Below, in pieces: positions 36,871 to 46,496 of a stretch of 46,617 nt of DNA. The position numbers were made by a program, and so were the translations under genes. The DNA lies in the IMG/VR virus record IMGVR_UViG_3300020045_007774, positions 1 through 46,617 of that record, one strand, 5' to 3'. A model generated the notes under the pieces. It searched no databases. It saw only the letters and a program-made list of their open reading frames with translations, and was not told the origin of the DNA. Source of the DNA: a virus (Duplodnaviria; Caudoviricetes). Within the stretch, counting starts at the first letter, position 1; each line of letters opens with the position of its first letter.

Positions 36871-36948
36871 AGCCCTACCGTTCAGGCGAAGATTGTTTGA
36901 TTGTAAGCCTATTCAGGCGAAGATTTAAGATAAGTCAACACAAAGTTA
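36871..36948 (-). promoter_or_regulatory. -7 promoter (TAACTTTG, 36941-36948) plus two leader stem-loop motifs
   Basis: 14-bp direct repeat TTCAGGCGAAGATT at 36881 and 36912; RNA AAUCUUC-GCCU-gaau-AGGC-U and AAUCUUC-GCC-loop-GGC-U. Confidence 0.7.
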
Positions 36949-36961
36949 ATATATTTTCACG

Positions 36962-37606
36962 TTAAACAGGTTGTGGATAATCATCACACGTTGCTGCTAT
37001 TGGTTTTAAATATAAATCCATTCCAAAATTAGTTACTTTCATTTCGATAGAATCCCATTTGCTTGCCAATGTTGTAAAGTATAAATTAATTGCCGTTCTT
37101 TTTGTTAAGTTTAATTGAGTCACTGCCATAAATTCAAATACTCCCAAATCAGGGATATAAAAATTCATTACGTTTACAGTCGTTGCAACTCCAGGCGATT
37201 CACCCTGTACTACATATTCACCGATTAAATAAGTATTGGCCCCGATTGTGATCGAGGCATAAAGAGTGTCCTTTTCGTTCATTGAATGACCTTCGTTACT
37301 GTCATTATCTACAATTACATAAAAGTACCCGCAAACATAAGCGTCACCGGAACTTTCAGATGTTGACCATGATACCGGATTACCGGTAAGGCCTCCCGAT
37401 TCACCGCTTTCTGCACAATCAGAAGCAACTATCCCTTCGTAATTAGTACCGTCGGGATTTAATCCATCATAAAACGTAATCGGCGACCCGCTGAAATTTC
37501 CTTCGTCGGTGTATGGATCAGCCGACCCGGCAACCCGCCATTTAAGATTGTACCCGCCGGCTGGTTCTGGTTCGCACTCTGTAAAATTTACAACTATCTT
37601 ATTCAT
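36962..37606 (-). CDS. Virion protein with an N-terminal FN3-like domain
   Basis: GYNLKWRVAGS...GLNPDGTNYEGIVASDC. Confidence 0.55.
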   Translation of the reverse strand: MNKIVVNFTECEPEPAGGYNLKWRVAGSADPYTDEGNFSGSPITFYDGLNPDGTNYEGIVASDCAESGESGGLTGNPVSWSTSESSGDAYVCGYFYVIVDNDSNEGHSMNEKDTLYASITIGANTYLIGEYVVQGESPGVATTVNVMNFYIPDLGVFEFMAVTQLNLTKRTAINLYFTTLASKWDSIEMKVTNFGMDLYLKPIAATCDDYPQPV

Positions 37607-37615
37607 AAAATTTAA

Positions 37616-38566
37616 TTAATCTAAGTTAACAATTTCAACTGAAGCGTTTATATTTTCCGGCTCACAACAAACCTCTATTGTTACCGTTGCTGAAATTCCT
37701 TGAGGCTCACAACATGGCTCAGGTATTGGAGGTGAACATGGATCAGCCTCACAACTAAACGACTGATAACAACTTTCTTTAAATGAAGCAGTCGGCTTCC
37801 ACATTTTTTTACACTCCTCAACTTTTTCAAAAGAAGTTTCGTTTACTATATACTTTACACCGTCAACAAAAACCTCACCCCTGTAAAATATAGCATCAAC
37901 TTCTGAAACATACCATTCAGGAATTAATTCACCCCAAAATAAAAATAGTTTTTCTTTTTCCGTTCTGAAGTTTCTTGTCCTGCCTTGCTTGAATGAATTT
38001 TTAATCGCTGACAAAGTTACTTCAACATGTCTTAAAAGAAGTTCATGTTTATAAACCAAAGTACTGTCACCGATTCCTGAATTACCTTCTGGCACTCCGA
38101 AATAAATTCCGTTACAATCGTAAGAAAGTTTATTATCTAAATTTCCATAACAACCTTTTAAAAGAGTAAGGACATTACAAGTTTCTTCAATACAATACTC
38201 CTCTGAGAAATAAATAGAATCGTAAGAACCCGAACCTTCAGAAAAAGTTAATGTTATTGCAATCACAAAACAGGTTAAATCTTCAGCCCCCGAAAGTCCT
38301 TTAAAAACACCGTACCAATTTCCGGTAGTATCTTGCCCGATAACGTAAGAAGATGAAGTTAATACACCCGTTTGCCCTCCCATTGCTCCGCAAGTATGAA
38401 TTAACTCATATTGAATTGCAACAGGTTCTACCCCTCCGATAGCGATATATAGCTGCACATCGCTTAGTGAATTAACCGGGATTTTATAAGGCATTTGGTT
38501 TGACTGACAATTATGGATATAAGAACCATAATTAGAAATCGTACCATATCCGGGAATCATTTTCAT
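37616..38566 (-). CDS. Cys-rich tail-associated protein
   Basis: 15 Cys; tandem CCEP repeats at the C-terminus; tail-tip region. Confidence 0.55.
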   Translation of the reverse strand: MKMIPGYGTISNYGSYIHNCQSNQMPYKIPVNSLSDVQLYIAIGGVEPVAIQYELIHTCGAMGGQTGVLTSSSYVIGQDTTGNWYGVFKGLSGAEDLTCFVIAITLTFSEGSGSYDSIYFSEEYCIEETCNVLTLLKGCYGNLDNKLSYDCNGIYFGVPEGNSGIGDSTLVYKHELLLRHVEVTLSAIKNSFKQGRTRNFRTEKEKLFLFWGELIPEWYVSEVDAIFYRGEVFVDGVKYIVNETSFEKVEECKKMWKPTASFKESCYQSFSCEADPCSPPIPEPCCEPQGISATVTIEVCCEPENINASVEIVNLD

Positions 38567-38590
38567 TCGTTTTAATTCATTGTTTTTGTT

Positions 38591-39016
38591 CTATGGATAT
38601 ACTCTGATTTCGATGTAAAACATATCGCTGTCAATTAATGCTTGTGCTTGGTCATAGGAGAATATTCTAATAACACTATCTGATGACCACCCACCATGTA
38701 TAGTAAATGCACCTGTTTGTTCTGCATCTGGTGAACAAACAATCCATGTTTTATTTTGTGTGAAAGCACCGCTTAAAGTACCATTGTAATCACCAGTATT
38801 TGACCTTGTCCAAACAACTGTACCGCCTAAAGTATTTTGTAAAACGGTTGGTACTGGTGCATCAGTTCCTGACTGATTCATAATAGCCGTATATACCAAA
38901 TACGATGAACCACCAGCAGGAAGTGCCTCTAAATAATCAATGATTTCTTCCGTTATGTAACGTAACTCAGGTTTAGTGTTACTAAATGCCTGTAATTGTT
39001 CAATTGTGTATGCCAT
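38591..39016 (-). CDS. Short fibre-like protein
   Basis: YLVYTAIMNQSGTDAP...LQNTLG...WTRSNTGDY...IEIRVY. Confidence 0.55.
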   Translation of the reverse strand: MAYTIEQLQAFSNTKPELRYITEEIIDYLEALPAGGSSYLVYTAIMNQSGTDAPVPTVLQNTLGGTVVWTRSNTGDYNGTLSGAFTQNKTWIVCSPDAEQTGAFTIHGGWSSDSVIRIFSYDQAQALIDSDMFYIEIRVYP

Positions 39017-39017
39017 T

Positions 39018-41153
39018 TTAATTTATATTTATATAAGTTCCGTTAATAATTAAACATTTGCTATTGATCTGAAAAGTACCGCAATTTGAAATCACAACTC
39101 CAGTGTTATCATCTATTAAATCACCGTCTTCATCTTTTGCAACTCCTAACCTTCTTATCACTTGCCCCTTTATCGTAATAGTATTACTTCCATAGTCAAC
39201 ATTTATATTTCCTATTCTAACGTAAATGTCGTAGTTATCCCTTTCTTCTAATTTAACTATTTTTCCTATCTGAGCATATTGATTTTCAAAAACACCGAAT
39301 AGATTCAGCATGTCCTCACAAAGATCAACTTCCCATTTAGCTGTTTGATGTGTTTCTTTACTCTTTAAAGGATTGTCAATTATGTCATGATATTTATCGT
39401 AAAGATTTTCCTTAAAGTCGCCATCGAAATACATTGGATAGTTATAAACTGTCAAACTTGAATTATCGGTATCAATTTTATTTTTTTCGTTATAAGGTGT
39501 TAAGTTTGGATTATAGTAAACATTTGGTTCGGGTATTGAACCTGTCACTGCTTTTGCCCGTCTCTTATCAACTCCGTCCCAAAGAATTAAACGAGGTGTT
39601 AATACTTGTTCTGAAGTTAATCGAACCGCCCCCGTGTAATCAGAACCAGAATCAACAAACTCATTTTTTAAAGTAGATGATTTCGCTGCGATAGCTGCAA
39701 CCCATGCAACAACTGCAATGCCTAAAGCTATCCCGGCTGGTGTTGTTATAATCCCTAATGATAAAGCCGCTATTACAACTGATAATACACCGACTAAAAT
39801 ATAAGCACCTAACTTGCCATCGTTAATTAATAATTCCAAATAATCTTTTGCCCTGCCATCCCTCACAAATCCTGTTGGCGCAAACTCTATATTTTTAGTT
39901 TTTTCACCTTCTAACATTGGATTAAATGCCGGGCCATCGTAGTCTATAATATCAGAATAAAGAGTACTCATTTCCTGACTTGCTAAGTCCGATCCATCGT
40001 CTGTATATTGGTATCTTCCGTAAGCGGGTTTTTTGTCACCGTTAAACGTATATCTTAAATTATAAATAGGTGTTGATCCTGGTAAGGTGAAATCGTAAAT
40101 CGGTAAAAGCTGAATTAAATCTTTGGTATGTTTGAAAACTATTGTATTATTCGGTGTAACATACCATTCGGCTGCAAAAACATTTTTAAGTTTATCAAAA
40201 AGTTCAGCTATCGTAATTAACCAGCGGTTATCAAAATTATAAGCTAAAGAAGGTGACAATTTTGAATCGCTTTCTATTTCCCACATATACCCGGCTTGAG
40301 GGTAGTAAAGGCAAAGGTTTTCCCACTCTTGCCCCTCGTCAAAGATAGTATCCATTGACAGCCCACACTTACCGGCTACGTTTTCAATATAAGTTCTGAT
40401 TAAGGGAGCGTCAACAAATCTATTCGTGTTTAAAATTTCTCTTGCATCTTCCTTTAAAGAATGTCCGGTTATCCAATCTATCAGTAATATACTTGGGTTT
40501 GAATGATAAAATAAATTCAATGCCATTCGTGCAGAACTCATTAATCTTGGCCTCGGTTCTATACAAGTCAAAAAACAAGGATGTTCTTTTGCCCCTTGCT
40601 TGAACCAGCCTTGCCAGTCGTCCCAAATAAACGTCTTATGAATACAATGCCATGTTGCATCTTGCTCTCTTAATTTAATATGAAATTGACAAGGTTCATC
40701 GAAAGGAGCGTATTCAATATTATCATTTTTAATTTCAAAAATCCGGTACGTCCCCCCTGCAATAAGATCAACTATTTTAACCTCGACGGCGTTTAAAATC
40801 TGGCATTCGGTTTTAAGTAACCAGTCTTTAATAAACTCATAAGCCCGATCAAAAAAAAGTAAATCAGTAGAAATCCCTTTATCGTAATTTGATCCATCCT
40901 GATTAGTTTGAACGGCTGTACTGTTTCCTGAATTTACCTTATCCCATGTTAATTGAATTGCCTCAGCGTTTTCAATGTAATCTGTATAATTATACCAGGT
41001 GTTATCAACATTTCCGGGAATGTATTCAGCCGCCCCGTTTATAGGGCTGCATTGAACAATCACGTTATAAGTCAAACCCGTGTCAGGATTTGAATAGGTA
41101 TTCTGTCTTTTCCGTAAATATATTTCGAACCTACCGTTATACACGTTTATCAA
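39018..41153 (-). CDS. Tail tip/hub protein with a hydrophobic hairpin
   Basis: 711 aa directly after the tape measure; about 40-aa hydrophobic stretch. Confidence 0.6.
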   Translation of the reverse strand: MINVYNGRFEIYLRKRQNTYSNPDTGLTYNVIVQCSPINGAAEYIPGNVDNTWYNYTDYIENAEAIQLTWDKVNSGNSTAVQTNQDGSNYDKGISTDLLFFDRAYEFIKDWLLKTECQILNAVEVKIVDLIAGGTYRIFEIKNDNIEYAPFDEPCQFHIKLREQDATWHCIHKTFIWDDWQGWFKQGAKEHPCFLTCIEPRPRLMSSARMALNLFYHSNPSILLIDWITGHSLKEDAREILNTNRFVDAPLIRTYIENVAGKCGLSMDTIFDEGQEWENLCLYYPQAGYMWEIESDSKLSPSLAYNFDNRWLITIAELFDKLKNVFAAEWYVTPNNTIVFKHTKDLIQLLPIYDFTLPGSTPIYNLRYTFNGDKKPAYGRYQYTDDGSDLASQEMSTLYSDIIDYDGPAFNPMLEGEKTKNIEFAPTGFVRDGRAKDYLELLINDGKLGAYILVGVLSVVIAALSLGIITTPAGIALGIAVVAWVAAIAAKSSTLKNEFVDSGSDYTGAVRLTSEQVLTPRLILWDGVDKRRAKAVTGSIPEPNVYYNPNLTPYNEKNKIDTDNSSLTVYNYPMYFDGDFKENLYDKYHDIIDNPLKSKETHQTAKWEVDLCEDMLNLFGVFENQYAQIGKIVKLEERDNYDIYVRIGNINVDYGSNTITIKGQVIRRLGVAKDEDGDLIDDNTGVVISNCGTFQINSKCLIINGTYININ

Positions 41154-44100
41154 TTTTCATCTGATTAATATACTCATTTACTAAAATCGAAACACCGTTA
41201 CGATCAATATTTGCACTAACTGACATGTGTTTCATTGCTTTTAACGTTTGCCTTTGCAGATCGTTATTTTCCTCCAACAAAACTGACATCTTCCCGTCCG
41301 CCCCTATTCTCAATTCGGCTGCATCTTTTATTCGTGAGTAATTTGGCTGATCAACTCCCTTAACTCTTAAATAAGAATTTACAAAGTTATTCATGTGATT
41401 AGCCGGGATAGTGCCATCGTATATAGCTGCAATAGCTGGCCTGTAAGCAGCGTTCTTTTCAGTAGGGATAACGGCTTCACCCTCGTTTAACCAAGCTGAA
41501 ATCGTATCTGTGCCGCTTGGTGCGCCGTTTCTGCGAAGATGTTTTGTACCTCCCCTTAATTTCGGTTGATTGCCTTGCAAACTTTTTACAATTCCGTAAC
41601 CAGTAGCCAACGAAGCCACGATAACAGCTATTGCCCCGATTGTTTCGGCTATTCCTATTCCGGGAGTGGCTATTTTAGCTATTGCGCCTGTAATTCCTAC
41701 TAACACATTTGAAGCCTGTAAAGCTGCATCAATTGCCAACTGCTTTTTAGCTGCATTTTCTCTTTTTAAATTCAATTCCCTTAAACGATCTTCCTCTAAT
41801 TTCAAGTATTGAGCGTTACCCTTAGTCGCTATCCGATAAGCAGCATCTACTCTTTTTTCCTGAAGGGAAATTGATCTGTCAAGTGCTTTTAATTCTGCCT
41901 CGTTTGCTTTCTGCCAGAAAGAAATAATTGAATCGGTTAATTGTCCTATGGATTCAGCATATTGAACAACCGTCTCAGTTTGTTTTGTCGCCGGATCACT
42001 TACCTTCCCCTTTGCTTGCTGTAATTTCTCCCCTGTTAATTGTGCTTCTTTTTCTTTTATCAGTTTTTCCCTTGCTTCGACTTCTTTATCTGATAAATTA
42101 ACGCCGATTGACCTTACAAGTTCTTTTAATTCCTTTTCGTGTTGTTCAATCTGATCTGCAAGCGACTTATCATCGTATTTTTTCTGAATCTTCTCAAGTT
42201 CTTTCCGGTAATCTTCATAATCAATTAACCCGGTTAAAAATTTCGTGTTTAAAGCGTTTATTTCTTCGAGAGCAGCTTTATCGTTTACCAATTTAGAGTC
42301 AGAAATCGCTTCCTCATATTTCTGTAAACTCTTTTTGAACATATCAACCGCTAAATCCTGCCTTTGTTGTGCTGCCCTTACTTGAATATTAGTTTGTTCA
42401 TCTTCACCCGCCCTTACTAAATCATTTTTTGCCTTAATAAATTCAGCCCCGGTAATTAAAGTACTTTCTTCAAGCTCTTTTATTCTTAATTCGTTATTTT
42501 TCTTAGATTCAGCAAGCTCATTCTTTTCGTTTATGTTGATAATTTCAGCCCTCTTTTGAAATTCATCCTGAAGCAAATTGATTGAATCTATTTTGTTTTG
42601 ATTCTGAAGGCTTAAAATATCATCATTTAGTTTATTTCGTGCATCAATAACTTTTTTACTGAATATTCCTAATGCCTCTTTTAATTGAATATCATTAATG
42701 TCAACTAATAATTTAACCAAGTTTAATTTTTGATCAGGGGTGAAGGCTTTGCTTTCATTAATATCTAAAATTTCCTTTTTTAATGATTCTTCAAATTGTT
42801 TTGAAATCGTATCGCTACTTTCAAAACTCTTTGCCGTTACTTCTGCAAGTTTCGCCTGTAATTCAGCAAGTTTTTTTGCATATTGATTAGCAACTTTATC
42901 AGTATCAGATTTATCATTTTTATTGTCAGATAATAAACTACTAAGGGTTATTTTTGACCCTATGGCCTTCATAGTATCATCAACATTTTTCTGAGCTTGT
43001 TTAACCTCAGGATCATTTGCTATTTTCTTTATTAAATCTTTTTCTAATTCTAACTGAGCAAAATAACTATCACTTATTTTTTTCCCATCTGCCAATATTA
43101 TCTTACCAGCCTTTATATCTGCCGCTTGTTGATCTAATATTTTAGCCCTTGCCTTTTCAGTTGCTAAAAAGAGTATCTCTGAATTTTTAACAAGTACATT
43201 TTCCGCTGCCCTTGCCAGCGCCCTTTCCTCGATCTTTTTAATTTGAGTATCAATAGCGGCATTTACTAAGGCTATGTTATTAATTTGAGTAAGATCAATT
43301 TTATTCCCGTCATCTGCCGTCTTATTATATTCTTTTGCAAGTTTCACCCTTTCCTTTTGCGGAATAGCTAAATCGTTTAATTTCTCTTTTATTAATTGAA
43401 GGTGAACAACCTCTTTTGTTGCCTCTTTTATCGCTTCTTCAGTTACTTCATTTAATAATTTTTGCGATGCTGCCGCTTCTTTTAATGCCGCTGTATGTTG
43501 CTGATATTTCGTAATCAAAAAAGCTATACCAGCTATTGCCAGCCCAATTCCCGTCGCTGCAAATGCTATCCTTAAAGTCTTTAAAGCCCCTGTAGTCGTT
43601 CCCACAACGGCGGTATATGCAGCCTGAGCACCAGACTGAGCAAGTGTAGCCAAAACACCTTCCCGCCTTGTTAAATTGCTCAATTGCTCCAATGACTGAA
43701 GTAATTGCATGGCTGCGAATAACTGCATAGTCTTTTTTTGCAGTTCTGCACTTTCGTCACCCGCTAAAATTGAAACCGCCGTGAATGCCTGGAAAGCAGA
43801 AGTCGCCGCCGTTATCGCTCCCTTGCCAAAATCCAAAGCCTTTGTATCTGAGGCTAAAATTTTAATTCTTTGTTGTTGATCACCGTAAGCGTCTGTCAAC
43901 TTAGCTACTTTCTTTTCTAACTCAAAATATTCCTTTGTCGCTCCCTTGCCGGCTGCTTCCATCTTAACAAGTTCCTCCTGCCCGGCTCTCATTTGACCTC
44001 TTAAAGAAAGCTGCTTTGTACCGACTTGCTCGACAACTGCCCCGTAAGTTTTCAAAGTATTTAAACCAGCCTGTAAAACCTTATCCAACTCTTTAAATTC

Positions 44101-44649
44101 TGCACTATTCGGGTCAAGCCCTTTCATCTCTTGTTCGACCTTTGCAATAGAAACTGCCAAAGCATCAAACTCAACCTTAGTTTGTGCAACTACTTGAGGC
44201 AATCCGCCCGCCTTCGCTATTGGTGACGTTGCTCCAATCGGCGCACCCGTTGGAATCTTGCCCCCTGTTGTTTGTGCCTGCAATTGTGCAGCCCTTGCTG
44301 ATATTTCGGAAAAATCCTTTGCAGATTTGGCTGCCCGGTCATAAGCCTTTTGAGTTTCATTTACATTCTTAGTTAGTTTAACTTGCAATTCAGTCGCCTT
44401 GTTTACGTCTGATTCTAATTGCTTTCTGTACTTAGCATTAGTACCCGTATAGTCCTCTAAATCCTTTTGTCTTTTTTTGAGATTGTCATTTGCAGATTGC
44501 AAGGCCTCTGAGTTTTGTTTCAGTCGCTTGTTTGCTTCGTCTTGAGATTGTGTGAATTTATTAGTCGATGCAGATAGAGCGTCTGCACCCTGTATATAAC
44601 CTGATCCGTCAAGTTCAAGTTTGAAAATTACTTTTTCTTCGTCTGCCAT
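41137..44649 (-). CDS. Tail tape measure protein
   Basis: 1170 aa, A/K/E/Q-rich helical; two hydrophobic regions; C-terminal GTDTISAWLNEGEAVI; preceded by a frameshifting gene pair. Confidence 0.88.
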   Translation of the reverse strand: MADEEKVIFKLELDGSGYIQGADALSASTNKFTQSQDEANKRLKQNSEALQSANDNLKKRQKDLEDYTGTNAKYRKQLESDVNKATELQVKLTKNVNETQKAYDRAAKSAKDFSEISARAAQLQAQTTGGKIPTGAPIGATSPIAKAGGLPQVVAQTKVEFDALAVSIAKVEQEMKGLDPNSAEFKELDKVLQAGLNTLKTYGAVVEQVGTKQLSLRGQMRAGQEELVKMEAAGKGATKEYFELEKKVAKLTDAYGDQQQRIKILASDTKALDFGKGAITAATSAFQAFTAVSILAGDESAELQKKTMQLFAAMQLLQSLEQLSNLTRREGVLATLAQSGAQAAYTAVVGTTTGALKTLRIAFAATGIGLAIAGIAFLITKYQQHTAALKEAAASQKLLNEVTEEAIKEATKEVVHLQLIKEKLNDLAIPQKERVKLAKEYNKTADDGNKIDLTQINNIALVNAAIDTQIKKIEERALARAAENVLVKNSEILFLATEKARAKILDQQAADIKAGKIILADGKKISDSYFAQLELEKDLIKKIANDPEVKQAQKNVDDTMKAIGSKITLSSLLSDNKNDKSDTDKVANQYAKKLAELQAKLAEVTAKSFESSDTISKQFEESLKKEILDINESKAFTPDQKLNLVKLLVDINDIQLKEALGIFSKKVIDARNKLNDDILSLQNQNKIDSINLLQDEFQKRAEIININEKNELAESKKNNELRIKELEESTLITGAEFIKAKNDLVRAGEDEQTNIQVRAAQQRQDLAVDMFKKSLQKYEEAISDSKLVNDKAALEEINALNTKFLTGLIDYEDYRKELEKIQKKYDDKSLADQIEQHEKELKELVRSIGVNLSDKEVEAREKLIKEKEAQLTGEKLQQAKGKVSDPATKQTETVVQYAESIGQLTDSIISFWQKANEAELKALDRSISLQEKRVDAAYRIATKGNAQYLKLEEDRLRELNLKRENAAKKQLAIDAALQASNVLVGITGAIAKIATPGIGIAETIGAIAVIVASLATGYGIVKSLQGNQPKLRGGTKHLRRNGAPSGTDTISAWLNEGEAVIPTEKNAAYRPAIAAIYDGTIPANHMNNFVNSYLRVKGVDQPNYSRIKDAAELRIGADGKMSVLLEENNDLQRQTLKAMKHMSVSANIDRNGVSILVNEYINQMKIDKRV

Positions 44650-44691
44650 GATTTAAAAAACTCCCCAGTTTCTTTAACCAATACAGATAAG

Positions 44692-44699
44692 CAAAGTTA
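44692..44699 (-). promoter_or_regulatory. -7 box (TAACTTTG) upstream of the tape measure gene
   Basis: Consensus match in a 51-bp intergenic gap. Confidence 0.5.
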
Positions 44700-44700
44700 A

Positions 44701-44886
44701 TTATTTTTTGTAAATCCTCTCAAGTTCTTTATTTTTCGTTTCAACTTCCTGAATATATAAACTCAATTCCTGATAAAATTCGCTGACTGTATAACTCAAT
44801 AACCGATCCCTTTCCGAAATTACCCCGTTAACGATTGCCCTTTGCATCAACATCATATTTCTTTCCCCGTCAGCGGCCTTTTTCAT
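44701..44886 (-). CDS. Tail assembly chaperone, -1 frame (gpT-like) portion
   Basis: Its frame is open upstream to the T9 slippery run at 44992-45000. Confidence 0.7.
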   Translation of the reverse strand: MKKAADGERNMMLMQRAIVNGVISERDRLLSYTVSEFYQELSLYIQEVETKNKELERIYKK

Positions 44887-45452
44887 TTCGTCGCCAAAAC
44901 TTCCGGGAGTTCGTGATCCGGTGGCAAAACAATTGACATAAGCAGATTTAAGTGCCGTGTATAATCTTCGGTGGCTTTCATCTGCAATTTCAAAAAAAAA
45001 CCATGCATCTCAAAGTCAGCCTCCAGCAAACTCATTTTCCGGATCTGAAGATTGTGATCAAAACTATCAATAGGCTCATCATTCAAAGTGAAGTAAACAC
45101 ATACCAATGAACTCATTTGCTTAATTGCATCCGTTGCATTATTTGCCTTCGATTCAAAGTCAAGCAAATTAGCGTAAGCCTTTTCATATTTGTCTTTGTC
45201 TGCACTTTTTAAAATAGCCTTTAAGTTATTAATATGACCGGAAAGATCGTCCTTACTTAAACCTAAAGCGTAAAGAGATGAAATTTTAGTTGCTGCAAAA
45301 TTCCTTGTATATGGCAAAGTCATTAGATCGTTAAATTGCCACCACTTGTTACCTTCTTTATCCGTGTAAACAAAAGTCTGAAGGCATTGGCTATTCGTAA
45401 GGCTATTTGTGTACGTCCTTACTTGGTTTATTTCTTCGCTTAGTTTCCACAT
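44883..45452 (-). CDS. Tail assembly chaperone (gpG-like)
   Basis: Position before the tape measure; contains GGT TTT TTT TTG slippery site. Confidence 0.72.
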   Translation of the reverse strand: MWKLSEEINQVRTYTNSLTNSQCLQTFVYTDKEGNKWWQFNDLMTLPYTRNFAATKISSLYALGLSKDDLSGHINNLKAILKSADKDKYEKAYANLLDFESKANNATDAIKQMSSLVCVYFTLNDEPIDSFDHNLQIRKMSLLEADFEMHGFFLKLQMKATEDYTRHLNLLMSIVLPPDHELPEVLATK

Positions 45453-45693
45453 TTTTTAAAATATTTAGAAATTTCCTTTCGGCTGATTTAAGATTTAAAG
45501 CGTAGGTATAAAGACAGAAGTTTTTTATCTGTACTTTCCCCGGCATGATAATAGTAATGATTTTCGTCTTTACATTCAGTTCAAAAAGATGTTGTCCGGG
45601 CGGCGGCTTATAAAAACCCATTGGCTTTACTTTCTTCTTAAATAGACTTTTTATCCAATTTTTACCACCCTTTATCAGTTCTGCTATGTACAT
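45403..45693 (-). CDS. Basic hypothetical protein
   Basis: 96 aa; ALNLKSAERKF. Confidence 0.6.
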   Translation of the reverse strand: MYIAELIKGGKNWIKSLFKKKVKPMGFYKPPPGQHLFELNVKTKIITIIMPGKVQIKNFCLYTYALNLKSAERKFLNILKNVETKRRNKPSKDVHK

Positions 45694-45871
45694 ACTCTTT
45701 TACTTTTTTTCGTGAGCGGCCTACTGTTTTTACTCCCTTCACAACTTCGCTTTTTGTTGTTCCCATTGCTTTTGCAGCGTCCCTTATCTCATATTTCTGT
45801 TTAGTAGAAATCAATTTTGCGTCCATCTTTTTTGATTTCTTCTTTCCCGGTTTCTTTTTTTTCTTTACCAT
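45662..45871 (-). CDS. DUF3606-like small basic protein
   Basis: I...QKYEIR..AKAMGTTKSEVVKGVKTVGRSRKKVKEY; poly-Lys N-terminus. Confidence 0.55.
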   Translation of the reverse strand: MVKKKKKPGKKKSKKMDAKLISTKQKYEIRDAAKAMGTTKSEVVKGVKTVGRSRKKVKEYVHSRTDKGW

Positions 45872-45876
45872 ATATT

Positions 45877-46496
45877 TTAGTTTATGATTTTAAATTTAGG
45901 AATTGGAATAATGAATTTCCCCTCATAACCAGCAAGCCTGCATTTTTGCATACACTCATAAGCAAAATTCCAACTTAGTAAAACCATGTAATCGGGCGGG
46001 TTTCGCATCATGTCAAGTAAAGATACTATTGGAATACCCGTACCCGGCGAATATTTGCCTATTTTTTCCGGAGTCTCGTCAACAATGTACTTCATTGTAC
46101 CTACTGTAATTAACGCCGAATTTAGCAACGTATTGCCCTTAGCTGAAGCCGCAAACCCGGCAACCTTGCTCCCTAAAGGTAAGGAATGTAACCCGTCCCT
46201 GAATTTCTCAATACTCTCAGCAACGTCATCTGCAAATTGCTGGTAAGGATAAATGTCAGCAAACAAACTTCTTTCTAACTTCATAAAACTGCCTACACTC
46301 GCATCCGGTTCGCCGTGACCGATTGTAACCCGTACCGACCCGCCGTGAATTGCCTGATTTTCTACATTTAAAATCTGCAATCCCTCGTCCCGGCAAAGCA
46401 AGTATAACGGATGAATCGAAAAGTAAGATAGATGCTCAAAATAAACGGTATCAAATTCGCCGTTTTCGATAAAATCAATTAAGTAAGGAAATTCTA
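45877..46496 (-). CDS. NDP-hexose C-methyltransferase family protein, C-terminal part
   Basis: FDTVYFEHLSYFS, IHGGSVR, GFAASAKGNTLLN, VDETPEKIGKYSPGTGIPI, LSWNF motifs of the C-methyltransferase C-terminal domain; in frame with 649..1. Confidence 0.88.

Noticed and set aside
36881-36925. Mini-CRISPR array from the 14-bp direct repeat
   Set aside because: Only two copies, repeat too short, 17-bp spacer; better explained as a leader stem-loop motif
132-46246. Plus-strand ORFs in the track (e.g. 132..404, 21018..21341, 27549..28061, 36438..36848) and nested minus ORF 40420..40626
   Set aside because: All lie within longer motif-bearing minus-strand genes and show no recognisable motifs; treated as shadow ORFs
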